DNA of 64,000 nt from an uncultured Nitrososphaerota archaeon (GTDB lineage Archaea; Thermoproteota; Nitrososphaeria; Nitrososphaerales; CADDZS01). Positions 31,259 to 40,299 of this stretch are shown piece by piece. The stretch is taken from assembly GCA_963799845.1 (NCBI GenBank), contig CAWCYI010000006.1, positions 1 to 64,000 on the forward strand, read 5' to 3'. Below the pieces are notes generated by a model. It was not told the origin of the DNA. It did no database searches and was given only the letters and a program-made list of their open reading frames with translations. Made by a program: the position numbers and the translations under genes. Positions within the stretch are counted from its first letter, which is position 1; each line of letters starts with the position of its first letter.

Positions 31259-31762
31259 TTGGAAACAGAGAAACCGATTCTTATTCGTAACGCAAGACAG
31301 GAGGATCTCCCCGAGATACTGGTGATTTACAACGATTCTGTAATTTCGTCTACGGCAACTTTTGAGCTGAAGACACAGACTGTCGAAATGCGACTGGAGT
31401 GGTTTCGAAATCACAGCGAGCGTTATCCTCTGATAGTTGCAGTGAAAAGTGGCAAGGTACTAGGATACTTCGGCATTTCCCAATTTCAAAAGACGAGTGG
31501 ATACTTCAAGACAGTAGAGCTTTCTGTTTATGTGGAAAAAAACTCTAGGAAACAGGGGATAGCAACGCGATTGGTTGGTGAGATTATCGATAAAGCGAGG
31601 AATCTTGACTACCATGCTATAATTTCCAGCATCGCCAACGATAACAAGCCAAGCATTAAACTTCACAGGAACTTTGGCTTTCGGAGGGTAGGATGCCTAA
31701 AGGAAGTCGGTTTCAAGTTTTCAAAGTGGCAGGATACCACGTATTACGAACTCATTCTCTAG
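31259..31762 (+). CDS. GNAT N-acetyltransferase, phosphinothricin/methionine-sulfoximine acetyltransferase (Pat/YncA) type
   Basis: IYND.V..STATFE, VELSVYV, SIKLH..FGF..VG.LKEVGFKF.KW.D. Confidence 0.85.
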   Translation: METEKPILIRNARQEDLPEILVIYNDSVISSTATFELKTQTVEMRLEWFRNHSERYPLIVAVKSGKVLGYFGISQFQKTSGYFKTVELSVYVEKNSRKQGIATRLVGEIIDKARNLDYHAIISSIANDNKPSIKLHRNFGFRRVGCLKEVGFKFSKWQDTTYYELIL

Positions 31763-31763
31763 G

Positions 31764-33548
31764 TCAGGATCGGGACGGACCTACCTCTTCCTTCTTCAAT
31801 TGCCTGACCTGTTTTTGATAAATCTCCAGCAGTTCCTGAACCGTCGTTGCATCCTCCGGAGCCTTGTCATCCCGGATCTTTCCCGTGAACTTTGGAAATC
31901 TTAAAGCAAATCCTGCACCTTCTCTTATCATTCCCAGACCGGCGGAATAAATAGGACTCAAAGTTATTTCCGATGCGATTATTTCGATGACCATCTTTGG
32001 TTCAAACCAGACCTCGGCCTCGACCCTCGCGTCAACTCTAGGACTCTTCGCGGGGATCTTGTAATTGTCTACTGCCTTGCTAATACTCTCCAAATCTAGA
32101 TCTGAGAAACCGGTCCCAACCTTGGTCGTGGTTCGAAAGATGTCAGGGCCTTCATCATAGGCCGCAAGAAGAAACGCCCCGTAGACGCCGGCCCGCCTGC
32201 CCATGCCGTGATTTGCTCCCACCACAACGAGATCGATTGTGTCTCTCATGTTAGGGCGATATTCTGGCTTGAATTTGATCCACGCATAGCCTCTTGCGCC
32301 TGCCTTGTAGGGGCTCGCAAGATCCTTCACCACGAGCCCTTCGCAACCCGTCGCGAGCGACTCTTCCATCAGGGCGTCAATTTCAGCTCCATTCTTTACG
32401 ACACTTGCCGGAACTAGCATCATGTTGTGCTTGGTTTTCGCTCCTCGGAACAACTTTTCGAGGGCCGAGCGTCTTTCATCGTACCTTTTATCGATCATCG
32501 GTTCTTTCTCGATGAGAAGAATGTCGAACAGGTTCAGCACCACAGGGTACTTTTCCTGAGCCTCCTTGAGATCATATTTGCGCCTTCGGTGCATCAGTTC
32601 TTGAAAAGGGAGATATTTTCCATTTGGATCTATCGCGACAGCTTCTCCCTCCACGATGAACTGCTTTGCCGGCAGGCTTTCGAGGGCCTCGACGACATCC
32701 GAATATTGATCTGTGATCCTTTCTAATCTTCTCGAAAAAAGCGTCACGTTTCCTTCTGCAGTTTTATGTGCCTGGACCCGCTCGCCGTCCAACTTGTATT
32801 CCGCAGAAGCTTTGCCATTCATCTGATCGATTATCAATTCGGCGCTTTCCATTCGTTCCGCGAGCATCGGCCGCACAGGTTTGTCCGCGGTGACTTTCAC
32901 TTCCTCGACGGCCTTCATTCCTCGATTTGCCAAAAGGTCGGCGACGAAACCGAGATCACTCGTCAAATTATAAGCAAGCTCCAGTTTTATCCGGTTTTCC
33001 TTGCTCCCGGTAAATGCGATGGAAAGAGCATCCAGAACCGTAAAGTCGGCAACGCCGAGCCGCAATTTTCCAGTAACAAATCGTATCAAGAACTTAGCTT
33101 CGAGGCTCGAAGCGGAATTTAAAAGCGTGGAAAGCATCTTCAGTCTGGTTAGAGCAGAGCCGGAACCAGAAGTCTTCGCGATTAGCTCCAATGCGGAGTA
33201 GACATTTTCGACGGTGAGTTTTCCCGAAGAAAACGACTGCTGCTCTCTCGAAATTAACAGCTCAGCCGCGACGTCCCCAAGATCGCCAGTTTTTCTCATT
33301 AATTCTTGAATCTTCTTGGGATCTGCACCGTACGCTTTCTCGATAGCCTTTCCGGCAGTTTTTTCGGCCATGCCGATCTCGATTCCAACAAAGTCAGGAT
33401 ACAACTTTCCTTGGGTTAGATAGGAAACGCGAGAGACGAGCTTGTTCGGGGTCTTTTTCAAAACGTCGACCAAGATTGCGGTTAGTTCCGTCCTCGAAGA
33501 GGTTTTGGTCATCTTGTCAAATGCATTCGCCAATACCGCAAAGTCCAT
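31764..33548 (-). CDS. lig: ATP-dependent DNA ligase
   Basis: PMLAER, EYKLDGER, EGLVVK, WIKFKPEY, KVGTGFSD, LRFPKF. Confidence 0.96.
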   Translation of the reverse strand: MDFAVLANAFDKMTKTSSRTELTAILVDVLKKTPNKLVSRVSYLTQGKLYPDFVGIEIGMAEKTAGKAIEKAYGADPKKIQELMRKTGDLGDVAAELLISREQQSFSSGKLTVENVYSALELIAKTSGSGSALTRLKMLSTLLNSASSLEAKFLIRFVTGKLRLGVADFTVLDALSIAFTGSKENRIKLELAYNLTSDLGFVADLLANRGMKAVEEVKVTADKPVRPMLAERMESAELIIDQMNGKASAEYKLDGERVQAHKTAEGNVTLFSRRLERITDQYSDVVEALESLPAKQFIVEGEAVAIDPNGKYLPFQELMHRRRKYDLKEAQEKYPVVLNLFDILLIEKEPMIDKRYDERRSALEKLFRGAKTKHNMMLVPASVVKNGAEIDALMEESLATGCEGLVVKDLASPYKAGARGYAWIKFKPEYRPNMRDTIDLVVVGANHGMGRRAGVYGAFLLAAYDEGPDIFRTTTKVGTGFSDLDLESISKAVDNYKIPAKSPRVDARVEAEVWFEPKMVIEIIASEITLSPIYSAGLGMIREGAGFALRFPKFTGKIRDDKAPEDATTVQELLEIYQKQVRQLKKEEVGPSRS

Positions 33549-33653
33549 TCTCGATCAACCTTCACTGTTTAGAGATGAATTATGTCTTGAGTCCTGAACA
33601 AGAATGTTTAATACTGTTTTTGGAAGATATCACTCTATTCGAAGTGTTTGGAC

Positions 33654-34016
33654 ATGGGCGGAACCAAGAAAAAATCAATCTCATCAGCTGACAAATCTCA
33701 GAGCGCGCAAGATAGCGCTCAACAATCCGGGCCGAAGAAACCGGAAAAGAAATCTGCGAAGGAATCGAAGCTGGCTGCTCAGCAAGCGAAACAGCAGGCT
33801 CTGATCGCTCCGAAACTAGACGAAAAGCAGCTTGTCAAATCGCTCACTCCTCTAAAGGCAATTACAGTTTATGGCACAGCCAGGACATTGGGTCTGAATG
33901 CTGCTATCGCAGCTCAGACTTTAAGAAATCTGGAAGCAAAGAACGCCATCAGAAGAGTCGGTGGCTACAGTGGCCATTATATTTACGCAATTAATGCCCC
34001 AACATCAACTGCCTAA
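33654..34016 (+). CDS. rps25e: Small-subunit ribosomal protein eS25
   Basis: MGGTKKKS N-terminus; winged-helix C-terminus ending VGGYSGHYIY. Confidence 0.8.
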   Translation: MGGTKKKSISSADKSQSAQDSAQQSGPKKPEKKSAKESKLAAQQAKQQALIAPKLDEKQLVKSLTPLKAITVYGTARTLGLNAAIAAQTLRNLEAKNAIRRVGGYSGHYIYAINAPTSTA

Positions 34017-34401
34017 TTGCGCTATGCTTTCGATCTGAATAGAATCTCCCCGTTTGCAAGATTCTAGCACGCTCATTCCCTCGGTTACTTCTCCCAGCGG
34101 ATTCATGGGTTTGTAACTCCTGGTGTCTTGAAGGAAAAAGCAGATCATAGATCCCGCCGGCATGAATGCTATGTCGCCACGCTTCATTTCCTTTCTGGAT
34201 TTCTCCTCGCCAGTAATCACGTTGGTCAGAATATAGGCAAAGTTTCGTTCGTACAAATTTACTCGGCCAATCAATGGAACAGCTCGCAGAATTTTTGTGA
34301 GCGTCACAGGGGAGAGATGTTTGTAGAGATTTCCAATTATCTCACCTTTTCCAAGCACTCTCAGCTCGCATTTCCATCGCTGAAATTGAAGTTGATGCCA
34401 A
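34005..34401 (-). CDS. Cyclophilin-like fold protein (probable frameshift near the N-terminus)
   Basis: HLSP.T...I.RA.P, GEEK.R..MKRGDIAFMP....ICFF, MNPLG; a TTG at 34401 is one base out of frame with the 34005-34358 ORF. Confidence 0.7.
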
Positions 34402-34519
34402 GAAAAAATTGCCGCCCGACATCAAGATTCGCAAAATCTTTAAGATTTCTCTTTTACTTCTAGAAAGGTTTAATTGGCAACCCAAAACCGATCTACGTAT
34501 TCCGGTGTTTTTTGCGCTT

Positions 34520-34846
34520 TTGCCTACGATTCCTCGTACCAGAGTATCTTCGCCTCAAAAAATTAAACGAAAGAAAGCGAAAACCCCTGAACAGGAAAGT
34601 AGCGAGACCTTTCAAGTGACGATTGGTCCACCTCAATTAACTCGATTTGAAAAAGCGCGCATCATCGGCGCGAGATCTCTTCAGCTTGCTTTAGGCGCTC
34701 CGCCGTTCATCAAGATTCCATCAACTATGCGCAGCCCGATTGATATTGCGATTTCTGAATTAGAGCAAAAGGTTCTACCAATTAACATCCGAAGAACTCT
34801 TCCGGATGGGCAATACGAAGATATTCCGCTGGATATTCTCACCTAA
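34520..34846 (+). CDS. rpoK: DNA-directed RNA polymerase subunit K (Rpo6)
   Basis: IGPPQLTRFEKARIIGARSLQLALGAPP...IRRTLPDG; start uncertain. Confidence 0.93.
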   Translation: MPTIPRTRVSSPQKIKRKKAKTPEQESSETFQVTIGPPQLTRFEKARIIGARSLQLALGAPPFIKIPSTMRSPIDIAISELEQKVLPINIRRTLPDGQYEDIPLDILT

Positions 34847-34915
34847 TTGATTTTGCATGCGGTCATCCTTTTATCGAACGAACGCCCCAATTTTTGTGGA
34901 GCTGAGTGATTACCT

Positions 34916-35077
34916 TTGAAATGCTATGTTTGTGGCAAGACGTCAAAAGCTGAATGCCAGATGTGCAAACGACCCGTTTGTAGAATACACTTCAACATGT
35001 ACTACGATCCTTCCACTCGTATCATGACTCCACTCTGCGGAAATTGTGCACAAATAAAGCGTCGAGAATTAGGCTAG
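34916..35077 (+). CDS. Small zinc-finger protein (53 aa), absent from the ORF track
   Basis: TTG start; MKCYVCGKTSKAECQMCKRPVCRIHF...PLCGNCAQIKRRELG with CxxC, CxxC, CxxH, CxxC. Confidence 0.7.
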   Translation: MKCYVCGKTSKAECQMCKRPVCRIHFNMYYDPSTRIMTPLCGNCAQIKRRELG

Positions 35078-35131
35078 AAAAATCTCGGTAGGCTTAAATA
35101 CAATATTAGCACATTTCGTTTTTGCGTCCAA

Positions 35132-35500
35132 ATGGCTATCAGAAATCCCAGCCCAGACAACAAATCGGCAGCAGATTCAATCCGAGAGACTGCTCCACGT
35201 CCGCAGGAAAGGCCTCCAAGAACTTCACCGCCTAACCACATTTTCGTCGGTAAGAAACCGGTCATGAGCTACGCAATGTCAGCGATGGTGCAACTTGCAC
35301 AAAGCGGAGACATCGTTCTCAAAGCTAGAGGGATGGTCATCTCCCGTGCAGTCGACGTGGCGGAGATCGTGACAAAGAGATTGGGAAACAACTCGTTCGA
35401 AATTCGAAACATCAAGATCGATACCGAGAAGCTCGGCGAAGGAGAAGACATCCGGAATGTTTCGACGATCGAAATAATCATCGCCAAAAAGCCTTCCTAA
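35132..35500 (+). CDS. albA: DNA/RNA-binding protein Alba
   Basis: IFVGKKPVMSY, LKARG..ISRAVDVAEIV, RNVSTIEI. Confidence 0.93.
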   Translation: MAIRNPSPDNKSAADSIRETAPRPQERPPRTSPPNHIFVGKKPVMSYAMSAMVQLAQSGDIVLKARGMVISRAVDVAEIVTKRLGNNSFEIRNIKIDTEKLGEGEDIRNVSTIEIIIAKKPS

Positions 35501-35614
35501 GCAAAGTACCTTCGGTTCCTTTTTGCCGCAGGGATCCGATTCGTTCTTCTTTCGTTTGTTTTATCCCTAAAGCCATTAATCGTCTTCTAGGACTTTAGAA
35601 CGGAGTTTTGAATC

Positions 35615-36442
35615 TTGTCAGCGAACGGAGGCGAACTAATCTCTCTTGGGGACAGAGTCCTCCTCTACCTTGATTCCCGCAGAACGTGGCTCGTTCAACT
35701 GAAAGAAGGAGTGGAAACTTTCCACACGCATGCGGGCATCGTAGACTTGAAGAAAATACCAGGGATGAAATTTGGCGACGTCATCCAGACCACTCTCGAT
35801 GAAACAATTTGCCTCCTCAAACCCACGGTTCTAGATTTCATCATGAAATCCGAGCGGCGAACGCAAATCGTCTATCCTAAGGACTTCGCTTACATCGCGG
35901 CGAGATGCGGTCTTCATTCCGGAGATCATGTGATAGAATGCGGTACGGGTTCTGGAGCTCTGACATCCTTTTTTGCAAACATCGTAGCGCCGACGGGTTT
36001 CGTTCGGACGTTTGAACAGAGGGAAGATTTTTTCGAAATAGCGGGGAAGAATATCGAAAAAGCAGGGATGCGACCTTTTGTCAAAATGGAGATGGCAAAT
36101 CTCCTCGGTTCATCGCTAGAAGCTCAATTTTATGATCTAGCTATGCTCGATACAGGTGACCCGTGGACCCTTCTCGAGACCGCTCACGCATCTCTCAAAG
36201 GTTCGGGATTCGTATTTTGCATCTGCCCAACGACAAATCAGCTTGAGAACGTTGCCTTCGCGATGGAGGGCAAGTTTGTGGATATCGAGTGCATTGAGAT
36301 CATGTTTCGACGAATTGAAGCGCGAGTCGGGAAAACGAGGCCCTCAACTAGGATGATAGGACATACATGCTATTTGGCCTCGGGGCGGAAAGTCAACAGC
36401 CGCGTTGAAAATGTTATATCATCTGATAAAATGGAAGAATAA
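35615..36442 (+). CDS. trmI: tRNA (adenine-58-N1)-methyltransferase
   Basis: RRTQIVYPKD, ECGTGSGAL, TRPSTRMIGHTCYL. Confidence 0.92.
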   Translation: MSANGGELISLGDRVLLYLDSRRTWLVQLKEGVETFHTHAGIVDLKKIPGMKFGDVIQTTLDETICLLKPTVLDFIMKSERRTQIVYPKDFAYIAARCGLHSGDHVIECGTGSGALTSFFANIVAPTGFVRTFEQREDFFEIAGKNIEKAGMRPFVKMEMANLLGSSLEAQFYDLAMLDTGDPWTLLETAHASLKGSGFVFCICPTTNQLENVAFAMEGKFVDIECIEIMFRRIEARVGKTRPSTRMIGHTCYLASGRKVNSRVENVISSDKMEE

Positions 36443-36450
36443 TTTGTAAG

Positions 36451-37119
36451 ATGTCCTCCAAAGACTTTGGAGAAGATTCCGCCTTTCTCCTCTACCTTGT
36501 GCCCGTTGTCGCTAGCATCATCTATGGTGCGTATGAATGGGCGATAACAGCAAAGACTTCCACGATGCCTCCGACTGCCTATCTGGTGGTTTCGAAAAGC
36601 CCCTACCTTTTTCTGATTTCCATAGTCGCTGTTTGCTTGGCACTAATCCTTGAAGTAAGGACGGCTAACGCGAACGAGCGAAACGGCATCATCCAGGCAA
36701 ACACGACCAGACTGCAGATACTTGCGGTAGTAGTTCTGGTTATCTCATTTTTGGCTGCTTTGAGCACTGCGAGTTATGATTTTGGAAATGCCTTTTCGTA
36801 CTTCGTGAACGGCAGATATGCTTTGATCTATGCCTTCTTTTTGATCGGCATCTCGTTGCTGTTGTCGCCGAAACAGGTCCTCGGAAACGTCAAGATGGCT
36901 TCGATTCCGGACATTCTCGGATTGCTCCTGGTTGTTGTTTCGCCGGTGCTTTTCTATTTTGGTCTGAAGGTTCATCTTGGGTTCACGGCGAGCGCGGTAG
37001 GTAGTTTTATTGTCGCGATAATCGGATTTGTCTTGCTGGTCGGCGGATCAAAGTTGTTTGGCAAAAAGGCGCAAAAACCAGCGACATCTCCTCAGGTCGC
37101 TTCTCCCGCCCCAAGTTAG
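36451..37119 (+). CDS. Hypothetical multi-pass membrane protein
   Basis: 222 aa, about 6 TM segments, operonic with trmI. Confidence 0.7.
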   Translation: MSSKDFGEDSAFLLYLVPVVASIIYGAYEWAITAKTSTMPPTAYLVVSKSPYLFLISIVAVCLALILEVRTANANERNGIIQANTTRLQILAVVVLVISFLAALSTASYDFGNAFSYFVNGRYALIYAFFLIGISLLLSPKQVLGNVKMASIPDILGLLLVVVSPVLFYFGLKVHLGFTASAVGSFIVAIIGFVLLVGGSKLFGKKAQKPATSPQVASPAPS

Positions 37120-37319
37120 TACAGCAAAAAACCTAGGCCCTGAGGTATTCATATCCTTACGGCCTAAAATCCTAAGGTCGAACGCTAGATACTTGCCATG
37201 GTTGAACTTTGTTAGGGCGGGCCGTCGTTCATTTTGTTCGAGATATATTTCGCCAAACTTTTCCTCAAAATCGCATAGCTCCGGGGTTTGAAATATGCTT
37301 GCATCCATCCTATTCTGAT

Positions 37320-37905
37320 CGCGAGCGGTGGTGTAGGTTAGGCAAATACCGGGAGCTCACGGTGAGAGCAGTGTCAGCAAGACATGCCTACTAGTTTTTC
37401 TGCCAACACGGGCGTAGTGTCAGCCTTTGAGCTAAAAGCGACAACGAGATCGAAAGATCTAATGCTCCTGAGGGACCCTACAAGGCTAGCTCCAGATGAT
37501 AGTGATGCTCAGAGGGCGGGTGATAATTCCGCCATGGCTTGTGGAATCTTTGCCGAAAACAAGTCCTACTATCCAACCCCGTAGAAAGCCGATCAACGTC
37601 AAGGTAGATGGAGCAACAGATCAGTGATGAGCTGAACTAACAGTAATTGCAGTGGAGGCGCTCGAAGAGAGGTAATTCGTGTCTCCCGAATACATCGCAG
37701 ATATTTGCTGCGATCCAGTACTGGACCGTTTGAAGGAAACTGTGCACGTTAGCGTGTTTGAACTAACGAAGCAATGCTGCGAACTAAAAGTCCCGGTGCC
37801 TCCTTAATTACTAAAGCTAATCGTGCCGGCAGGCGGATTGCCAGCTATCGCGGTTGCACTGCAAAATGTACTCCGACCGACACCGAGCTTGGAGGGGAGG
37901 CAGAA
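37320..37905 (+). ncRNA. Candidate large structured non-coding RNA, family unknown
   Basis: No credible ORF; TATA-like TTTGAAATAT at 37287-37296; at least 10 stems, including a GAAA tetraloop hairpin and end-to-end pairing; G-U pairs favour the + strand. Confidence 0.6.
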
Positions 37906-37917
37906 TATGGAACGTTA

Positions 37918-38061
37918 TGGGCCCGGAGGGATTTGAACCCTCGACCGACCGGTTTCTCTATCTCATCAGCGCACCCAGAATTCAGTGGAGATTTATGAGC
38001 CGGTCGCTTTCGGCAAGCCGCATCATGCTTCGCATTTTCTACCAAGCTGAGCTACGGGCCC
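37918..38061 (-). tRNA. tRNA-Ile2 (CAU) with two introns: 30 nt in the D-arm (about 38009-38038) and 40 nt at 37/38 (37954-37993)
   Basis: Removing both introns gives a 74-nt cloverleaf: GGGCCCG/CGGGCCC-A, D-stem GCTC/GAGC, ACCGG-CT-CAT-AA-CCGGT, GAGGG-TTCAAAT-CCCTC. Ile2 rather than Met is inferred from the acceptor stem. Confidence 0.88.
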
Positions 38062-38382
38062 ATCCAAGCGATCAGAACTGTTTCAAGGTCTCGTTATTTG
38101 CTTTTTGCCTCTTTAAGGTCACATTATTACTCTTCTGAAGTCCGTTTTCGATTTCAGTTTTTTTCAAGAATTTCGATTCTTACAGTGGTTTGAATCCTAT
38201 CAAAACAAGTTAATCGAGATGGCTTGTATGAACCATATCGGCCCTTAGTCTACTCGTTGATCGAGAGAAGAAAGAAGCTCGCGGAGCTGGTTATCGAAGT
38301 AGAAAGAATATGAATTATGTAATGCACTTATTCGAAATGGGTGATTCTTATTTATCTCTAAGTCACGAAGCGTTAAAACAAG

Positions 38383-39064
38383 TTGAAAGTGGAAAAGAAG
38401 ACAAAATCTCTGACAAACAGTCAGAAAATTAGTCGGCTATCACTACCCATAATTGTTCTTGTAATCTTTGTATTGTTCATCACCTCATACGGAAGAGAAC
38501 CCAGTTTCTTGGCCACCATCTCCGCTGATCGTTCAAATTTCGTTTCGTTCCTGCAAATGATCGTCACAATTATGGCGCTGATAATTTCGTTTGACGGCGT
38601 TATTTTTGTAGAGATAACAAAATCATTATCCGAACAGACACGGCATCTTAAGGAAGTAGCAAAGCAAAAGGAGAAATTGCTTGATACAATCAAAGTGAGC
38701 TTGTCATCAATATCGGAACCAGAACCTATCGCGAAAACAGAAGAGGAAAAACTCAGGTCGCAAGACGAACCTACGGAACGGTCGAAGCTTCAGCCTTCAA
38801 AAGCAGACCTCTTGGGCGATGAAACAATTTATTCTGTGGTAAGCGTCTTTAATTCCGAAGCAGATCTGTTTCTGCCTGTCTTTGATCGCATCTTTCGGAT
38901 CAATTATTTCTGCTTTGTACTTGATGATTGTCTTGCCACCTGACTTAGCATTCTTTTTATCGTGCTTGGGGTTTGCTGTTTTAGGGATTGCAGCATTCGG
39001 TACGCTAATCCAGACATATGCGATATTCGCAAGATCTTCCATCATCAACCTTCGTTCTACATAG
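38383..39064 (+). pseudogene. Hypothetical membrane protein, frameshifted between about 38843 and 38943
   Basis: Two N-terminal TM segments in one frame and further TM segments in the overlapping 38882-39064 ORF; lies between two tRNA genes. Confidence 0.45.
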
Positions 39065-39182
39065 ATCTGGTTACGGTCGTGTTCCTGACCTCGTTGTACA
39101 ACAATTGTTGTACAGGATTGCCTGTATGTTCGTATATTGTCAAGAAAGCACTTAAATCACGCTCGGCCGAGGATGGTTACGA

Positions 39183-39316
39183 GCTCCGGTGGTGTAGTCC
39201 GGTCAAGCATACTGCCCTTTCGAGGCAGTGATCGCGGGTTCAAATTTTTTCAAGGCTAGATTCACGTCTCGTGAAAGAATGAATGACTTGAAGAACTGAA
39301 ACTCCCGCCCGGAGCA
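39183..39316 (+). tRNA. tRNA-Glu (UUC) with a 58-nt non-canonical intron at 59/60 (39245-39302)
   Basis: GCTCCGG/CCGGAGC-A, CTGCC-CT-TTC-GA-GGCAG, GCGGG/CCCGC; BHB with TTCA/TGAA helix and AAT and ACT bulges. Confidence 0.92.
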
Positions 39317-39450
39317 TCCTTACTTTCCAACACGATTGACTTTTTCTGATCTAGTTGTACGACAGCAGAATCCATTCGTCGGAGTGGCGCAAAAATGGAT
39401 AAATAGACTTGAAGGATGCGATTAATTATTTCCTGAGGCAATCTACCTAA

Positions 39451-40299
39451 TTGGAACTTAGCGATGGAGAGTTCGCGACCTACTTCAGGTCGAAAACTCT
39501 ACAATACCACACCCGAATAGAGCACGCTATTTCCGATGTCCTCGCCAGATTCTCCAATTCTAAATTCTATCAACCGCTGAACTACTCAATCAAGGGAGGC
39601 AAGAGGATCCGTCCCCTAATCGTTCTCCTATGCTACGATGCCGTGGGTACGGGGAACCCGCTTACAGATGATCCGATGCCCGCCGCCATCGGAGTCGAGC
39701 TGCTCCATACAGAATCGATAATTCACGATGACATCATAGATGGAGACCTAGTTCGGCGCGACAGAGAAACATTTCACGCCCGTTATGGCTTGAATCCTTC
39801 GATACTGTCCGCGGACTACGTGTTAGGCATAGTCTTGGACATTGCCTCGCTCTATTCTGACCTGCGCGTGGGCAGAGAATTGTCAAGATCAGTTCTTCGA
39901 ATGAGCGAGGGAGAATACGCAGAGCACATCGTTCAGAGCCAAGATTCGAGAATAAAGCCGCCCGAGTACGTCGAAATTATCATGAACAAAACCGCGGCGC
40001 TGTTTCAAACTTCGGCTAGGATTGGGGCGATGATCGCCGGAGCGAAGCAGCAGACGATAGAATCGCTATCGGATTTCGGGTTGAACCTCGGAGTCGCCTA
40101 CCAGATGCAGGACGACATTTTGGACTGGAATCAAAAGGCGAGCCTAGAGCGGGCCCTAGGAGCCGAGAAGAACGAGCTGAAGAAAATGTCTTATGATTTC
40201 GCGCTAAAGGCGAAGGATTCGTTATCTCACCTTCAGAAATCCGACGCAAGGCAGCGACTGGAAGAACTGGCAGAGTTTGCTGTTCGACGAAGATTTTAG
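39451..40299 (+). CDS. Polyprenyl diphosphate synthase (GGPP synthase-like)
   Basis: GGKRIRP, IHDDIIDGD..RR, KTAALF, YQMQDDILD. Confidence 0.92.
   Translation: MELSDGEFATYFRSKTLQYHTRIEHAISDVLARFSNSKFYQPLNYSIKGGKRIRPLIVLLCYDAVGTGNPLTDDPMPAAIGVELLHTESIIHDDIIDGDLVRRDRETFHARYGLNPSILSADYVLGIVLDIASLYSDLRVGRELSRSVLRMSEGEYAEHIVQSQDSRIKPPEYVEIIMNKTAALFQTSARIGAMIAGAKQQTIESLSDFGLNLGVAYQMQDDILDWNQKASLERALGAEKNELKKMSYDFALKAKDSLSHLQKSDARQRLEELAEFAVRRRF

Noticed and set aside
37048-37584. Several 60-87-aa ORFs over and upstream of the structured region
   Set aside because: No recognisable motifs, overlaps with other features, and base pairing explains the sequence better.
37340-37800. RNase P, SRP or group I/II intron identity for the structured region (AAAGTCCCGG resembles RNase P CR-I)
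   Set aside because: The GAGGAAAGUCC and CR-V consensus are incomplete and in reversed order; no SRP GGAA helix 8, group II domain V or clear group I P7 seen.
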